A stretch of 64,000 bases of DNA from an uncultured Sphingorhabdus sp. (GTDB taxonomy: Bacteria > Pseudomonadota > Alphaproteobacteria > Sphingomonadales > Sphingomonadaceae). The stretch spans positions 187 through 64,186 of the forward strand of contig CALDZL010000142.1 in assembly GCA_937944295.1 (NCBI GenBank), in the 5' to 3' direction. Numbering within the stretch: position 1 is the stretch's first letter; the number at the start of each line of letters is the position of its first letter. A program made the translations under genes and the position numbers. This document shows, one piece after another, positions 20,458-30,304 of the stretch. The notes beneath the pieces were generated by a model, which was not told the origin of the DNA, searched no databases, and worked only from the letters and a program-made list of their open reading frames with translations.

Positions 20458-21765
20458 ATGGCAAAAAATATAAATTTCCAAAATAAACCTAGTAATGATG
20501 GTGCAGGCGTGCCTTCACGGCGAGCTGCTCTTTCGATGATGGAGGCGCTGCAATTGCGCAATCAATCGCTTGACCAAGCCGCCAAAGATGCGTGCCGCCG
20601 ATTGCCGCCTAACGATAAAGCACATGCCATTGCGATCATCCATGAAGCTTTGCGCTGGCAGGTGGATTTGGATGCTATGATTGATAGCAAGACACAAAAA
20701 ATATTGAACCATGATGCCAAAGCGCGCATGGTGCTGCGTATCGCATTAGCCCAGATGTTGGTACTAAAAACACCCAGCCATGCCGCCATATCCACGGCTT
20801 TGCCTTTGGTTGAAAAAGGCCCTCGTAAATTGGTGCATGGAGTGATGGGCGCATTGTACCGCGACCAAGCCAAATTACCCGAAACACCATCATTGCCCAA
20901 TAAAGCCTTGAAAAGATGGAGCAAGAATTGGGGAGAAGATGTAATTGAAGCGGCATCAAAAGCGCTATTATTACCGCCGCCGCTCGACTTGATGCTTAAA
21001 GACCCAGCAAATCATGATGATATTATGGCGCAGATGCATGATTATAGCCCCATATCATTTGCTAAGGGCCATATTAGATTAGGGCGCGGTAGCGCGGTAG
21101 AACATCTGCCTGGATATGATGAAGGAATATGGTGGGTGCAAGATATAGCCGCCAGCTTACCCGCACGATTTGCAGGGGATGGTGCCAATAAAACTGCCTT
21201 AGATTTATGTGCAGCACCTGGCGGCAAAACTATGCAGTTGGCTGCTGCTGGATTTAATGTGACAGCGCTGGATATAAGCAAGCGGCGTATTGAACGGCTT
21301 GGACAGAACCTTAGGCGTATGAAATTATCTGCGGATATTATATGTGCAGATATTTACAAATGGAACAATATAAAGCTGTTTGATATAGTCTTACTTGATG
21401 CGCCTTGCACAGCAAGCGGTACGTTTCGGAGGCATCCTGATGTGCTGCAGCGCATTGATAAAGACGATATAGATCGCCTTTCTGAGAAGCAAAGTGCCTT
21501 ATTATCATACGCGGCAAACTGGGTTAGTATAGGCGGTAAATTAATCTATGCTACTTGTTCATTAGAGCGCAAAGAAGGCGAAGATCAGATTGATAATTTC
21601 CTGCTAAAGAATGATAATTTTGTTCTGGATAAAATTGATTTGAATATTGTCCCAGTCGAGCAGGCTATTAGCCCAGATGGCTGGATTAGAACATTACCGC
21701 ATATGATGATAGAGGAAGGCGGCGTAGATGGTTTTTTTGCTGCTGTTATGAAGCGCATTAAATAA
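20458..21765 (+). CDS. rsmB: RsmB/NOP family RNA m5C methyltransferase with NusB-like N-terminus
   Basis: WVQD, DLCAAPGGKT, DAPC, YATCS, DGFF. Confidence 0.88.
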   Translation: MAKNINFQNKPSNDGAGVPSRRAALSMMEALQLRNQSLDQAAKDACRRLPPNDKAHAIAIIHEALRWQVDLDAMIDSKTQKILNHDAKARMVLRIALAQMLVLKTPSHAAISTALPLVEKGPRKLVHGVMGALYRDQAKLPETPSLPNKALKRWSKNWGEDVIEAASKALLLPPPLDLMLKDPANHDDIMAQMHDYSPISFAKGHIRLGRGSAVEHLPGYDEGIWWVQDIAASLPARFAGDGANKTALDLCAAPGGKTMQLAAAGFNVTALDISKRRIERLGQNLRRMKLSADIICADIYKWNNIKLFDIVLLDAPCTASGTFRRHPDVLQRIDKDDIDRLSEKQSALLSYAANWVSIGGKLIYATCSLERKEGEDQIDNFLLKNDNFVLDKIDLNIVPVEQAISPDGWIRTLPHMMIEEGGVDGFFAAVMKRIK

Positions 21766-21947
21766 ACCAAACTATAATCGAAACGCAAATATGTAATAAA
21801 AAAATCTTTTTACATTAAATGGTTCAATACTATCTTTTATAAATATACCTGTAACTTGCCAAAAATAAGACTGGAATTGCGCACATTTCCACAGACAATC
21901 GCTATGCTAAGCTTGAAGGAAATATTTGCACTAGCTATGGCACAGTC

Positions 21948-22607
21948 ATGAATAGAGAAATTATTATTTCACCCTCTATATTGTCTGCAGATTTTGCAAA
22001 ATTAGGCGAGGAAATTCAAGCCATTGACAAAGCAGGATGCGATTGGATTCATGTTGATGTTATGGACGGACATTTTGTGCCCAACATCACTATCGGTCCT
22101 GGCGTTGTAAAAGCATTGCGCCCGCACAGCGATAAAATATTTGATGTTCATTTAATGATATCGCCTGTTGATCAATATATTGATGCTTTTGTTGATGCGG
22201 GGGCAGATATTATTTCATTCCATCCTGAAGCAGGGCCGCATCCACACCGTACCGTTCAGCATATAAAATCACTAGGGAAAAAGGCTGGCATTGTTCTTAA
22301 CCCAGCAACGCCTCTTGATTGCCTTACATATCTTATGGGCGATATTGATTTGATCCTCGTGATGAGCGTGAACCCAGGCTTTGGCGGTCAAAAATTTATC
22401 CACAGTCAGTTGGAAAAAATTAGAGCTATACGAGATATGATTGATGAGAGCGGGAGTGACATACGATTAGAAGTTGATGGCGGTATCGACCAAAATACAG
22501 CTCCGCTTGCCATTGCAGCGGGTGCTGATACATTGGTGGCTGGGACTGCTACCTTCAGAGGTGGTCCTAAGTATTATGCTGAGAATATTAGAGGGCTGAG
22601 AGGGTAA
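21948..22607 (+). CDS. rpe: Ribulose-phosphate 3-epimerase
   Basis: [36 protein letters not shown]. Confidence 0.97.
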   Translation: MNREIIISPSILSADFAKLGEEIQAIDKAGCDWIHVDVMDGHFVPNITIGPGVVKALRPHSDKIFDVHLMISPVDQYIDAFVDAGADIISFHPEAGPHPHRTVQHIKSLGKKAGIVLNPATPLDCLTYLMGDIDLILVMSVNPGFGGQKFIHSQLEKIRAIRDMIDESGSDIRLEVDGGIDQNTAPLAIAAGADTLVAGTATFRGGPKYYAENIRGLRG

Positions 22608-22612
22608 AAGCA

Positions 22613-24397
22613 ATGCCATCGTCCGATGAAAATGATTTATTCAGTTCAATGGATGAACCTCTTGCGCAAGAGATAGTAACCCAGCAAAAAGAAGCTCAAT
22701 TGCAAAATGAACGCTCTATCATGATACGCAAAGATTCGGCATCGCAATCACTGATGGAAAAATTATCTTTTGCATTTCATCGTTTGACATGGCGTACGCC
22801 TATATCAAAAATGCGGTTGCGCGGTAATGTACCCTTGCGCTTGCTGGCCAAGCCAAGCGACCCTGTGCCACCTGAACCAGAGCGAGGGCTTGCGATTAAA
22901 ATGGGGCGTTTCATATTCCGTGATATGAAATTGCATATTAGCAGTGCTAATTTTCAAGAATTACTCTTGCCGCCATCATTTGTGAATTATATTCATCGAT
23001 ATGATTGGATGCGCGATTTAGAAGCTTCAACAAATCGCGGTGAAGCTACAGCATTAGCAGAAAAAATTAATGAGAAATGGCTCAATGAATGTGGGCAGAA
23101 ACCCAATGGCGATGCTTGGAAACCCGATATATGCGCTTGGCGCTTTCTCAATATGGCGGCGCACTCTCCGCTTATATTATCCAGTCGTGATCCCGTTTAT
23201 CGTTCGCTCACGATCAACCATTTTGCGCGTGTTGCCCGTTATTTGGATCATAGCGCAAGCAAAGCCGAAATTGGATTGCCGCGCTTAACATCATGGTGCG
23301 GTGTTGTCGCAGCGTCATTGCTACTACCAGAGAATAATGCGCGTCGTATAATTGGGGAGCATGGTCTGGAAACGGCCATTTACCATGGCGTATTTCCTGA
23401 TGGTGGTGTTATATCAAGATCGCCTCTTCATTTAATAGCTGTCATAGAATTATTAACCTATATTAGCCGCTGTTACCAAGTTCGCGATGAAATAACACCT
23501 GAATTTATCGAAGATGCTCTTACGCGTAGTGTATCCGCTTTGCGCGGCCTATCCCATGCTGATAATAGCATAGCTGCATGGCAAGGATCACCGCATATCA
23601 GTGGGCAGACTGCTGATGCTATAATAGAAGCCACTAACGTGCGTGTACGTCCCCAGCGCCAAGCTCTTGATTGGGGATATCAACGCGTTCCTGCTGGTAA
23701 TTCGGTGTTATTGATAGATGCAGCGCCCCCGCCCGCAGCAAAACAATCGGCGACAGGATGCGCCTCTACATTGGCGTTTGAGTTTTCGCATGGTCAACAG
23801 CATATTTTCCAAAATTGTGGCGGTGCTGCCATGTTAAGTAAAAATATACCTTCGGCACTGGCACGTGGATTACGTACCACGGCAGCGCATAGTACATTAT
23901 GTATTAATGACAGCAATAGTACAGCCATATTAGTGGGCGGTAAATTAGGGCGCGGCGTAAACGAGGTCGAATTGGATAGGCGTGAAGTTAATAGTGGTAC
24001 GCGCATTGAATCAAGCCATGATGGATATTTGCGATCTAATGGATTCACCCACCGGCGTATATTAATCTTGCGCGATGATGGCTTGGATTTGCGCGGTGAG
24101 GATATTTTGCTACCCAATCCGCAAAAGAAGGTCAAAAAATCTGCGCCCTATCATATTCGTTTCCATCTAGGTTCCAATATAGAAATTACTCCCAATGGTA
24201 ATAATGACTCTATGATTTTGCGTATGGCAGATGGCAGCTCTTGGTTGTTCCATGCAGGCGGCGAAAATATATCTATTGATGATAGTCTTTGGATTGATGA
24301 AAATGGCCTTGCCCATCCATCACAACAATTGTTTATCACGGGCGAAACTGGCAAAGGCGGCGCCAGTAATAGCTGGCAATTACGGTTCATTAATTAA
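22613..24397 (+). CDS. Heparinase II/III-like family protein
   Basis: DGGVISRSP, LAFEFS, NCG, RTTAAHSTL, SHDGY; typical rpe-(this)-purH context. Confidence 0.8.
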   Translation: MPSSDENDLFSSMDEPLAQEIVTQQKEAQLQNERSIMIRKDSASQSLMEKLSFAFHRLTWRTPISKMRLRGNVPLRLLAKPSDPVPPEPERGLAIKMGRFIFRDMKLHISSANFQELLLPPSFVNYIHRYDWMRDLEASTNRGEATALAEKINEKWLNECGQKPNGDAWKPDICAWRFLNMAAHSPLILSSRDPVYRSLTINHFARVARYLDHSASKAEIGLPRLTSWCGVVAASLLLPENNARRIIGEHGLETAIYHGVFPDGGVISRSPLHLIAVIELLTYISRCYQVRDEITPEFIEDALTRSVSALRGLSHADNSIAAWQGSPHISGQTADAIIEATNVRVRPQRQALDWGYQRVPAGNSVLLIDAAPPPAAKQSATGCASTLAFEFSHGQQHIFQNCGGAAMLSKNIPSALARGLRTTAAHSTLCINDSNSTAILVGGKLGRGVNEVELDRREVNSGTRIESSHDGYLRSNGFTHRRILILRDDGLDLRGEDILLPNPQKKVKKSAPYHIRFHLGSNIEITPNGNNDSMILRMADGSSWLFHAGGENISIDDSLWIDENGLAHPSQQLFITGETGKGGASNSWQLRFIN

Positions 24398-24406
24398 AGG
24401 GAAATT

Positions 24407-25993
24407 ATGACTTCTATACCTATTAAGCGGGCTTTATTATCTGTGTCCGACAAAAGTGGCGTTGTTGAATTGGCACAAGGTCTTGTGCAACGCGGTGTGG
24501 ATTTAATCTCCACTGGCGGGACAGCCAAAATTTTGCGCGAAGCTGGCCTAGAAGTTAGCGATATTAGTGATGTGACCAATTTCCCAGAGATGATGGATGG
24601 CCGCGTCAAAACATTACACCCCAAAGTCCATGGCGGCTTGCTCGCGGTGCGTGATAATGAAGAGCATGTATCAGCGATGCAGAAACATGACATAGAAACC
24701 ATCGATCTGGTTGTGGTTAATCTTTATCCTTTTGCACAGACCGTTGCCATAGGTGCGGACCGGCCCGAAGTGATTGAAAATATCGACATTGGCGGGCCTT
24801 CCATGGTGCGTAGCGCGGCCAAAAATCACGGGTTTGTCACAATTATGACCGATCCTAGTGATTATCAAACTTTGCTGGGTGAAATGAGTAAAAATAATAG
24901 CGCAACAAGCCTTAATTTTCGCAAGAAAATGGCGGCAAAAGCTTTTGCTGCAACAGCCGCCTATGATAGTATGATTGCCAATTGGTTTGCTTTTGCCGAT
25001 CAGGGCGAGATGTTCCCACAATCGCTTACTTTTGGCGGGGCGCGCAGCGATATATTGCGTTATGGCGAAAACCCGCACCAAGCCGCTGCCCTTTATCTGC
25101 CCTATGGTGCTAGCCAAGGCATTGCTGCAGCGGAACAAGTCCAAGGCAAGGCATTATCCTATAATAATTACAATGATGCAGATGCGGCCCTTGAACTGCT
25201 GAGCGAATTTAAAGACGGTCCGCCCACCGTGGTTATCGTCAAACATGCCAACCCTTGCGGCGTAGCCAGCGGCGATGATATTATCTCCGCCTATCGCAAT
25301 GCTTTGGAATGCGACAGCGTATCAGCCTTTGGTGGTATCGTGGTTTGCAATCGGCCTTTGGATGGTAAAACCGCCGAAGCCATTACCGAGATTTTCACCG
25401 AAGTAGTAGCAGCCCCCGCCGCCGATGATGATGCACGTGCAATCTTTGCGAAGAAGAAAAATCTGCGTCTGCTGATTACGGGTGAATTACCCGACCCAGG
25501 GCGTCCTGGTCTAGCGATTAAAAATATTGCTGGCGGATTACTCTTACAATCGCGCGATAATGGCCATGTGGCAGAGACCGACTTGAAAGTTGTCACCAAA
25601 CGCGCACCCACGGCCCAAGAGCTTGCCGATTGTCAATTTGCATGGACGGTGGCGAAACATGTTAAATCTAATGCGATTGTCTATGCCAAAGATGGCGCAA
25701 CCGCTGGCGTAGGTGCGGGGCAAATGAACCGCCGAGATAGCGCACGTATTGCCGCCGCAAAAGCCGCCGAGGCTGCGGAAACCTATGGTTGGGATGCTCC
25801 CAAAACCAAAGGCAGTGCCGTAGCATCCGATGCATTCTTCCCATTTGCCGATGGATTATTGGCAGCTGTAGATGCTGGTGCAACTGCGGTTATTCAACCG
25901 GGTGGTTCAATGCGTGATGATGAAGTCATTGCTGCTGCTGATGAGGCTGGCCTCGCGATGGTATTTACGGGAATGCGTCATTTCAGGCATTGA
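24407..25993 (+). CDS. purH: Bifunctional AICAR transformylase/IMP cyclohydrolase
   Basis: [45 protein letters not shown]. Confidence 0.98.
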   Translation: MTSIPIKRALLSVSDKSGVVELAQGLVQRGVDLISTGGTAKILREAGLEVSDISDVTNFPEMMDGRVKTLHPKVHGGLLAVRDNEEHVSAMQKHDIETIDLVVVNLYPFAQTVAIGADRPEVIENIDIGGPSMVRSAAKNHGFVTIMTDPSDYQTLLGEMSKNNSATSLNFRKKMAAKAFAATAAYDSMIANWFAFADQGEMFPQSLTFGGARSDILRYGENPHQAAALYLPYGASQGIAAAEQVQGKALSYNNYNDADAALELLSEFKDGPPTVVIVKHANPCGVASGDDIISAYRNALECDSVSAFGGIVVCNRPLDGKTAEAITEIFTEVVAAPAADDDARAIFAKKKNLRLLITGELPDPGRPGLAIKNIAGGLLLQSRDNGHVAETDLKVVTKRAPTAQELADCQFAWTVAKHVKSNAIVYAKDGATAGVGAGQMNRRDSARIAAAKAAEAAETYGWDAPKTKGSAVASDAFFPFADGLLAAVDAGATAVIQPGGSMRDDEVIAAADEAGLAMVFTGMRHFRH

Positions 25994-26020
25994 TGGAAAT
26001 ATTATTCATAAAACAACATT

Positions 26021-26122
26021 GTCACCTTGGCTTCCGAACAGGTTGCTGGTTCAGGGTCTATTGCGTTGATGCTATGGTCTTTTGAGTAATTTCAATAGAT
26101 GCTGAAACAAGTTCAGCATGAC
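26021..26122. repeat. Palindromic REP-like element between convergent purH and rhlE
   Basis: Right arm GATGCTGAAACAAGTTCAGCATGAC with internal palindrome ATGCTGAA-N5-TTCAGCAT; degenerate left arm GTCACC...TTCAGGGTCTA. Confidence 0.6.
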
Positions 26123-26171
26123 GAGTCTATAGCCTAATTAGCCTATGCTATAGTACTTCAGCCGCACAAAT

Positions 26172-27665
26172 TTACCCGCGTTTGTCATTCGGGCGATAGC
26201 TACTTTTGCGCTTGCTCGATGGGCGACCTCCATTAGGACGCGGGCCATTAGGACGATTGGCATTGGGTTTTGCGCCAGCCTTGCCGCCAGAGGGTTTATT
26301 GGGTCTGCGCGGTTTATCACCTGATGAACGCTCACTATTCGGTGACCTCTCACCGCTGCTATCACCGCCAGAATCACGATTGCCGCCACTGCGATTGCCA
26401 CTTGGTTTGCTACGACTACCACCAGATTTTCCGCGTCCACCAGAGCGACTACTACCTTTACGACCTCCAAAACGTCCGCCGCCATCATTTTTCTTTTTCG
26501 CAGGAGGAGGCATTTTGATAACAAATTCTCGGAAGTTCTCGGGCAGTGGTATTGGGGTGCAACGTACCCCCGTCAAACGCTCAATATCCTTCATATAAGC
26601 CCGTTCATCCCCTGGTGCGACATAGCTAATCGCAATACCATCGGCTCCCGCACGCGCGGTACGGCCAATACGGTGAACATATTGTTCAGGAAGGTTTGGA
26701 ATTTCAAAGTTAAACACATGGCTAACGCCCGGCACATCGATACCGCGCGCCGCAATATCGGTTGCGACGAGAATTTTTACTTCGCCATGTTTGAAACCTT
26801 GGAGCGCAGCCGTGCGCTGGCCTTGGGATTTATTTCCATGGATAGCGCGGGCTTCGATCCCGCTGCCTTGTAAATGGCGTACCACGCGGTCCGCGCCATG
26901 TTTGGTGCGGGTAAAGACCAACGCCCGCTCGACATCATGGTTTTGGATATAATGTACCAACAGCGCGTGCTTTTCTTTCTGATCAACCTTGGTCATATAT
27001 TGCTCAACGCGCTCTGCGGTGGTCGATTGCGGGGCCACCTCAACACGCAGAGGGTCATGCAAGAAGCGATTACCCAGCTCAGCAATAGCTTTGGGCATAG
27101 TAGCCGAAAAGAATAGGCTTTGGCGTTTTTTGGGGAGTAATTTATCAACGGCTTTGAGCGCATGAATAAAGCCCATATCCATCATTTGATCAGCTTCATC
27201 GAGAACAAATATCTCTACGTCTTTGATGGTGAATGCTTTTTGATCGATCAAATCGAGCAAGCGCCCTGGCGTCGCCACCAACACATCCACGCCATTTTGT
27301 AATTTGCGTTTTTGCGCATTAACGGGAACGCCGCCAAAGACGCATTGAACCGATAGGCCCAAATAACGGCTATATTTACGTACATTCTCGGCAATTTGCG
27401 CCGCCAATTCCCGCGTAGGTGATAATATCAACATACGGCACCCCTTGTGCGGGCGTGGTTTCACATTGCGCGCAAAATAATCAAGCGATGGTAGGCTGAA
27501 AGCAGCGGTCTTACCAGTACCCGTTTGCGCAATACCGCATAAGTCGCGGCCTTTCATCAAGGAAGGTATAGCCTGTTCTTGGATGGGGGTTGGTGTGTCA
27601 TAGCCATCTTCTTCGAGGGCTTTTAATATAGGCTGGGCAAGGCCCAAGTCAGAGAAATAGGACAT
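26172..27665 (-). CDS. rhlE: DEAD-box RNA helicase, RhlE-like, with G/R/S/K-rich disordered tail
   Basis: Q motif, AQTGTGKT, PTRELA, DEAD, SAT, HRIGRTAR. Confidence 0.9.
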   Translation of the reverse strand: MSYFSDLGLAQPILKALEEDGYDTPTPIQEQAIPSLMKGRDLCGIAQTGTGKTAAFSLPSLDYFARNVKPRPHKGCRMLILSPTRELAAQIAENVRKYSRYLGLSVQCVFGGVPVNAQKRKLQNGVDVLVATPGRLLDLIDQKAFTIKDVEIFVLDEADQMMDMGFIHALKAVDKLLPKKRQSLFFSATMPKAIAELGNRFLHDPLRVEVAPQSTTAERVEQYMTKVDQKEKHALLVHYIQNHDVERALVFTRTKHGADRVVRHLQGSGIEARAIHGNKSQGQRTAALQGFKHGEVKILVATDIAARGIDVPGVSHVFNFEIPNLPEQYVHRIGRTARAGADGIAISYVAPGDERAYMKDIERLTGVRCTPIPLPENFREFVIKMPPPAKKKNDGGGRFGGRKGSSRSGGRGKSGGSRSKPSGNRSGGNRDSGGDSSGERSPNSERSSGDKPRRPNKPSGGKAGAKPNANRPNGPRPNGGRPSSKRKSSYRPNDKRG

Positions 27666-27680
27666 ATAAGTCTTTCATTT

Positions 27681-27860
27681 ATGCAGCGCAAAAGGCGCAG
27701 CGGAGTTCACAACAGAAAGGCCGATTGCCATTCTGATAACGACCCGCGCGATAAGGGAAGCTTTTTTGATGACGCTTTGTTCGTTTGGCCGGTACCATAA
27801 GCACTGCTCGCGCTGCCAAATTTATGAGCTGTTTTATGCCCATCTTTGCGCTGCATGGGC
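27681..27860 (-). promoter_or_regulatory. Putative structured 5' leader of rhlE
   Basis: GC-rich non-coding stretch closed by a perfect 12-bp inverted repeat (27681-27692 / 27845-27856) ending just before the RBS. Confidence 0.5.
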
Positions 27861-27941
27861 CAATGCGGGGTTTTTCAACAAATAGCAAATGAATTAATGA
27901 TTATCGTTGGAATATATGACGGTTTTTGATGGATATTTATT

Positions 27942-28988
27942 ATGCCAAGTGCTTTTATCATTGGAGGAACAGGACAAATCGGCCGTGCTACTGCTAGTCA
28001 GCTCTTAGCCGAAGGGTGGCATGTAACATTAGCTAGCCGTTCACAACCAAAATACTCTAACTTAGAGTTCTTAGGTGCAAATACTTTAAACAGCATCAAA
28101 AACCTCAAGCATATCCAATTAGACCGCCAAGAGGATGGCGCTTTAGAACAAGCATTGACAGATGGTACGGACCTTTTAGTCGATTGTATTGCCTTTGACG
28201 CCAACCATGCCAAACAACTTATTAAAGTTCAAAATAACATTGGGAAATTATGCGTTATTTCTTCGGCCAGCGTCTATAAAGATGTTGACGGCTTAACACT
28301 AGATGAAGCTCTTCAAAATGGCTTTCCTAACTTTCCCATTCCTATTACAATAGAACAACCTACAGTCGATGCAGGAGATGCAACCTATTCAACGCGAAAA
28401 ATTGCTATGGAGTGCATTTTACTAAATGACTGCAAAATACCCGTCTCAATATTACGACCCAGTGCTATATATGGGCCATATTGTACACATGCTCGAGAAT
28501 GGTTTTTTGTCAAAAGATTACTTGATGGTTGTACAGAGATTCCCGTTGCATATGACGGGAAAATCCAGTTTCAGACTACATCAGCAGATAGTATAGCGGC
28601 AGCAATTATAGCATTTGCATCAAAACCAACTTCTCCCATTATGAATATTGCTGACCAAGTCGCTCCTACGGTCATGGAAATTGGCCATATCATTATGAAA
28701 ATAATGAACAAGTCTTGCGATATTATAGGTCTACCTGATCTCGGGTATCCACCAAAAGCAGGGAGAACTCCTTGGTCTATCCCAAAGCCATTCATCGTTG
28801 CCCCATCTACTGACTTTGAAAATGCAGGTGATTATGAGACACTTATTATTCCTACTATTCAATGGTTAATTGAAGCAACGCGCCACCAACCTTGGGAAAA
28901 TATACTTCCAGTTTTAGCAGCCTATCCATATAATATGTTCGACTATAAAGCTGATCAAACTGCGATCTCATCTGTTCGTATAAGTTAA
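27942..28988 (+). CDS. NAD-dependent epimerase/dehydratase (atypical SDR)
   Basis: IGGTGQIG, ISSASVY, YSTRK (YxxxK), LRPSAIYGP. Confidence 0.85.
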   Translation: MPSAFIIGGTGQIGRATASQLLAEGWHVTLASRSQPKYSNLEFLGANTLNSIKNLKHIQLDRQEDGALEQALTDGTDLLVDCIAFDANHAKQLIKVQNNIGKLCVISSASVYKDVDGLTLDEALQNGFPNFPIPITIEQPTVDAGDATYSTRKIAMECILLNDCKIPVSILRPSAIYGPYCTHAREWFFVKRLLDGCTEIPVAYDGKIQFQTTSADSIAAAIIAFASKPTSPIMNIADQVAPTVMEIGHIIMKIMNKSCDIIGLPDLGYPPKAGRTPWSIPKPFIVAPSTDFENAGDYETLIIPTIQWLIEATRHQPWENILPVLAAYPYNMFDYKADQTAISSVRIS

Positions 28989-29083
28989 TTCATGCTTAGT
29001 TTCAGTTTAACAAAGGTTATATTATGGCTGTATCTAGGTCGTATTTATTTAAAAATAATAGTTGATTAATAGCGAATTTCTCA

Positions 29084-29140
29084 ATGGGGCCCATAACAAA
29101 GAAGGGAGTAGTCATAGGTCGTTTATATTACGAGCCCCAT
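29084..29140 (-). terminator. Long stem-loop at 3' end of YHS-MAPEG transcript
   Basis: ATGGGGC...GCCCCAT arms; inner mismatches become G-U pairs on the minus-strand RNA. Confidence 0.5.
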
Positions 29141-29158
29141 CAAGTTCATGAACAATGA

Positions 29159-29569
29159 TTATAAAACACTTTGTGCGCCTATAACCAAAATTGCTGCCCA
29201 TGAAACCAGATACACTGGTGTTCTTAATGCTGGAATTGCCAGAATATAGACAATGGCATGCACAACACGTGCTACAAAGAAGATTTGCGCCCACTGCGCT
29301 ACTGTGTCTGCATTACCAGCATCACCTAAAAGACCAGCAGCTACTACCACGGCGATAAATGCTGGCATTGTTTCAACCATATTTAAATGCGCGCGCTTTG
29401 CACGATCCATCCACAATGGTGTTTCGGGTTCTTTGGCTGGGAAACCTTCTGGATAATTGTGCAAGAATGTAGGGAGACCCCAAATAAACATTCTTCCAAC
29501 AATATAAGGGGACCAGAGCAGTACGGTTAAAATACCGCTTAATGCTAAATAAAAATATGCTGTTTCCAT
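29159..29569 (-). CDS. MAPEG family membrane protein
   Basis: RAKRAHLNMVE motif, ARVVHA, four hydrophobic helices. Confidence 0.88.
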   Translation of the reverse strand: METAYFYLALSGILTVLLWSPYIVGRMFIWGLPTFLHNYPEGFPAKEPETPLWMDRAKRAHLNMVETMPAFIAVVVAAGLLGDAGNADTVAQWAQIFFVARVVHAIVYILAIPALRTPVYLVSWAAILVIGAQSVL

Positions 29570-29624
29570 GTCTTCTTCCTCCTAATTGAAAAGAGGCAAA
29601 ACCTGTGTTCTGCCCCTTATAAAA

Positions 29625-30107
29625 TTATAATTCTGTTGCTGCTGTTGAACGGATTTCTTTCCATTGTGCATTAGCTTTAGCAATTGTTGCAGCAGGATCT
29701 TTTTGATATGCATTAAAAATTTCTTCGTTTAAAAACACATATAATTTGCCATCTCGAACATCGGACCAACGCGGGTCACCATCAAATTTTTTGCCTACTG
29801 AAACGCCAAAGGTGCAGAAACCTCCATGTTGCGGGATAAAATTTGCTGGTGCAGCCTTAAATGTATCCAAATTTTCTTGTGTAGAAAAATAATAAGCAGC
29901 TCCGTCATGTACCGCAGTATATTTCGCCGCGCCAGCAATACGGTTGCCAGTTTGCACAAAAGCTACTGTATCAACACCATGTAATGCAAGCGGCGCACCA
30001 GCGGCTGTTAGGCCCGAAGACAGATTATATTCATCTGCTGCAATAGCAGGAATAGCAACCATAGAAGATAGAGCGATTGCTGATGCGATAGTCATTTTTT
30101 TAAACAT
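29625..30107 (-). CDS. Exported YHS-domain (seleno)protein family member, Cys form
   Basis: Signal peptide, ALHGVDTVAF, YYFSTQEN, PQHGGFCTFG, DGKLYVF, ANAQW. Confidence 0.87.
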   Translation of the reverse strand: MFKKMTIASAIALSSMVAIPAIAADEYNLSSGLTAAGAPLALHGVDTVAFVQTGNRIAGAAKYTAVHDGAAYYFSTQENLDTFKAAPANFIPQHGGFCTFGVSVGKKFDGDPRWSDVRDGKLYVFLNEEIFNAYQKDPAATIAKANAQWKEIRSTAATEL

Positions 30108-30226
30108 AATATATTCCTTTATAATATTCTTTATTTTAGGCTTAACGCGCCCTGAGAACTCTCACTCATTTGACTGAGAATAACCAGATCGTTGAAATAT
30201 CTGATGTGATATTAGTGATACTGTTT

Positions 30227-30295
30227 TTGGACGATATGGCAATATCAAGGTGTTTATTATCGACAATATGCAATATTGTTTGGACGATTTGCAAT
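30227..30295. promoter_or_regulatory. Tandem direct repeats, putative AraC operator upstream of YHS gene
   Basis: TTGGACGATATGGCAAT (30227), ATCGACAATATGCAAT (30259), TTGGACGATTTGCAAT (30280); last two 21 bp apart. Confidence 0.65.
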
Positions 30296-30304
30296 CTATT
30301 GCAA

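Noticed and set aside
26138-26598. 128-aa and 130-aa alternative ORFs over the rhlE tail
   Set aside because: Shadow frames of a GC-rich low-complexity coding region with no family motifs
27679-27888. 69-aa ORF upstream of rhlE as a leader peptide
   Set aside because: TTG start without RBS and no recognisable composition; better explained as non-coding leader
29098-29125. GGGAGTAG resembling a yybP-ykoY riboswitch start
   Set aside because: Lies between convergent 3' ends, and the downstream conserved elements are missing
29625-30107. Possible selenoprotein (YHS seleno-family)
   Set aside because: The GGFC position is a TGC Cys codon and the ORF has no in-frame TGA
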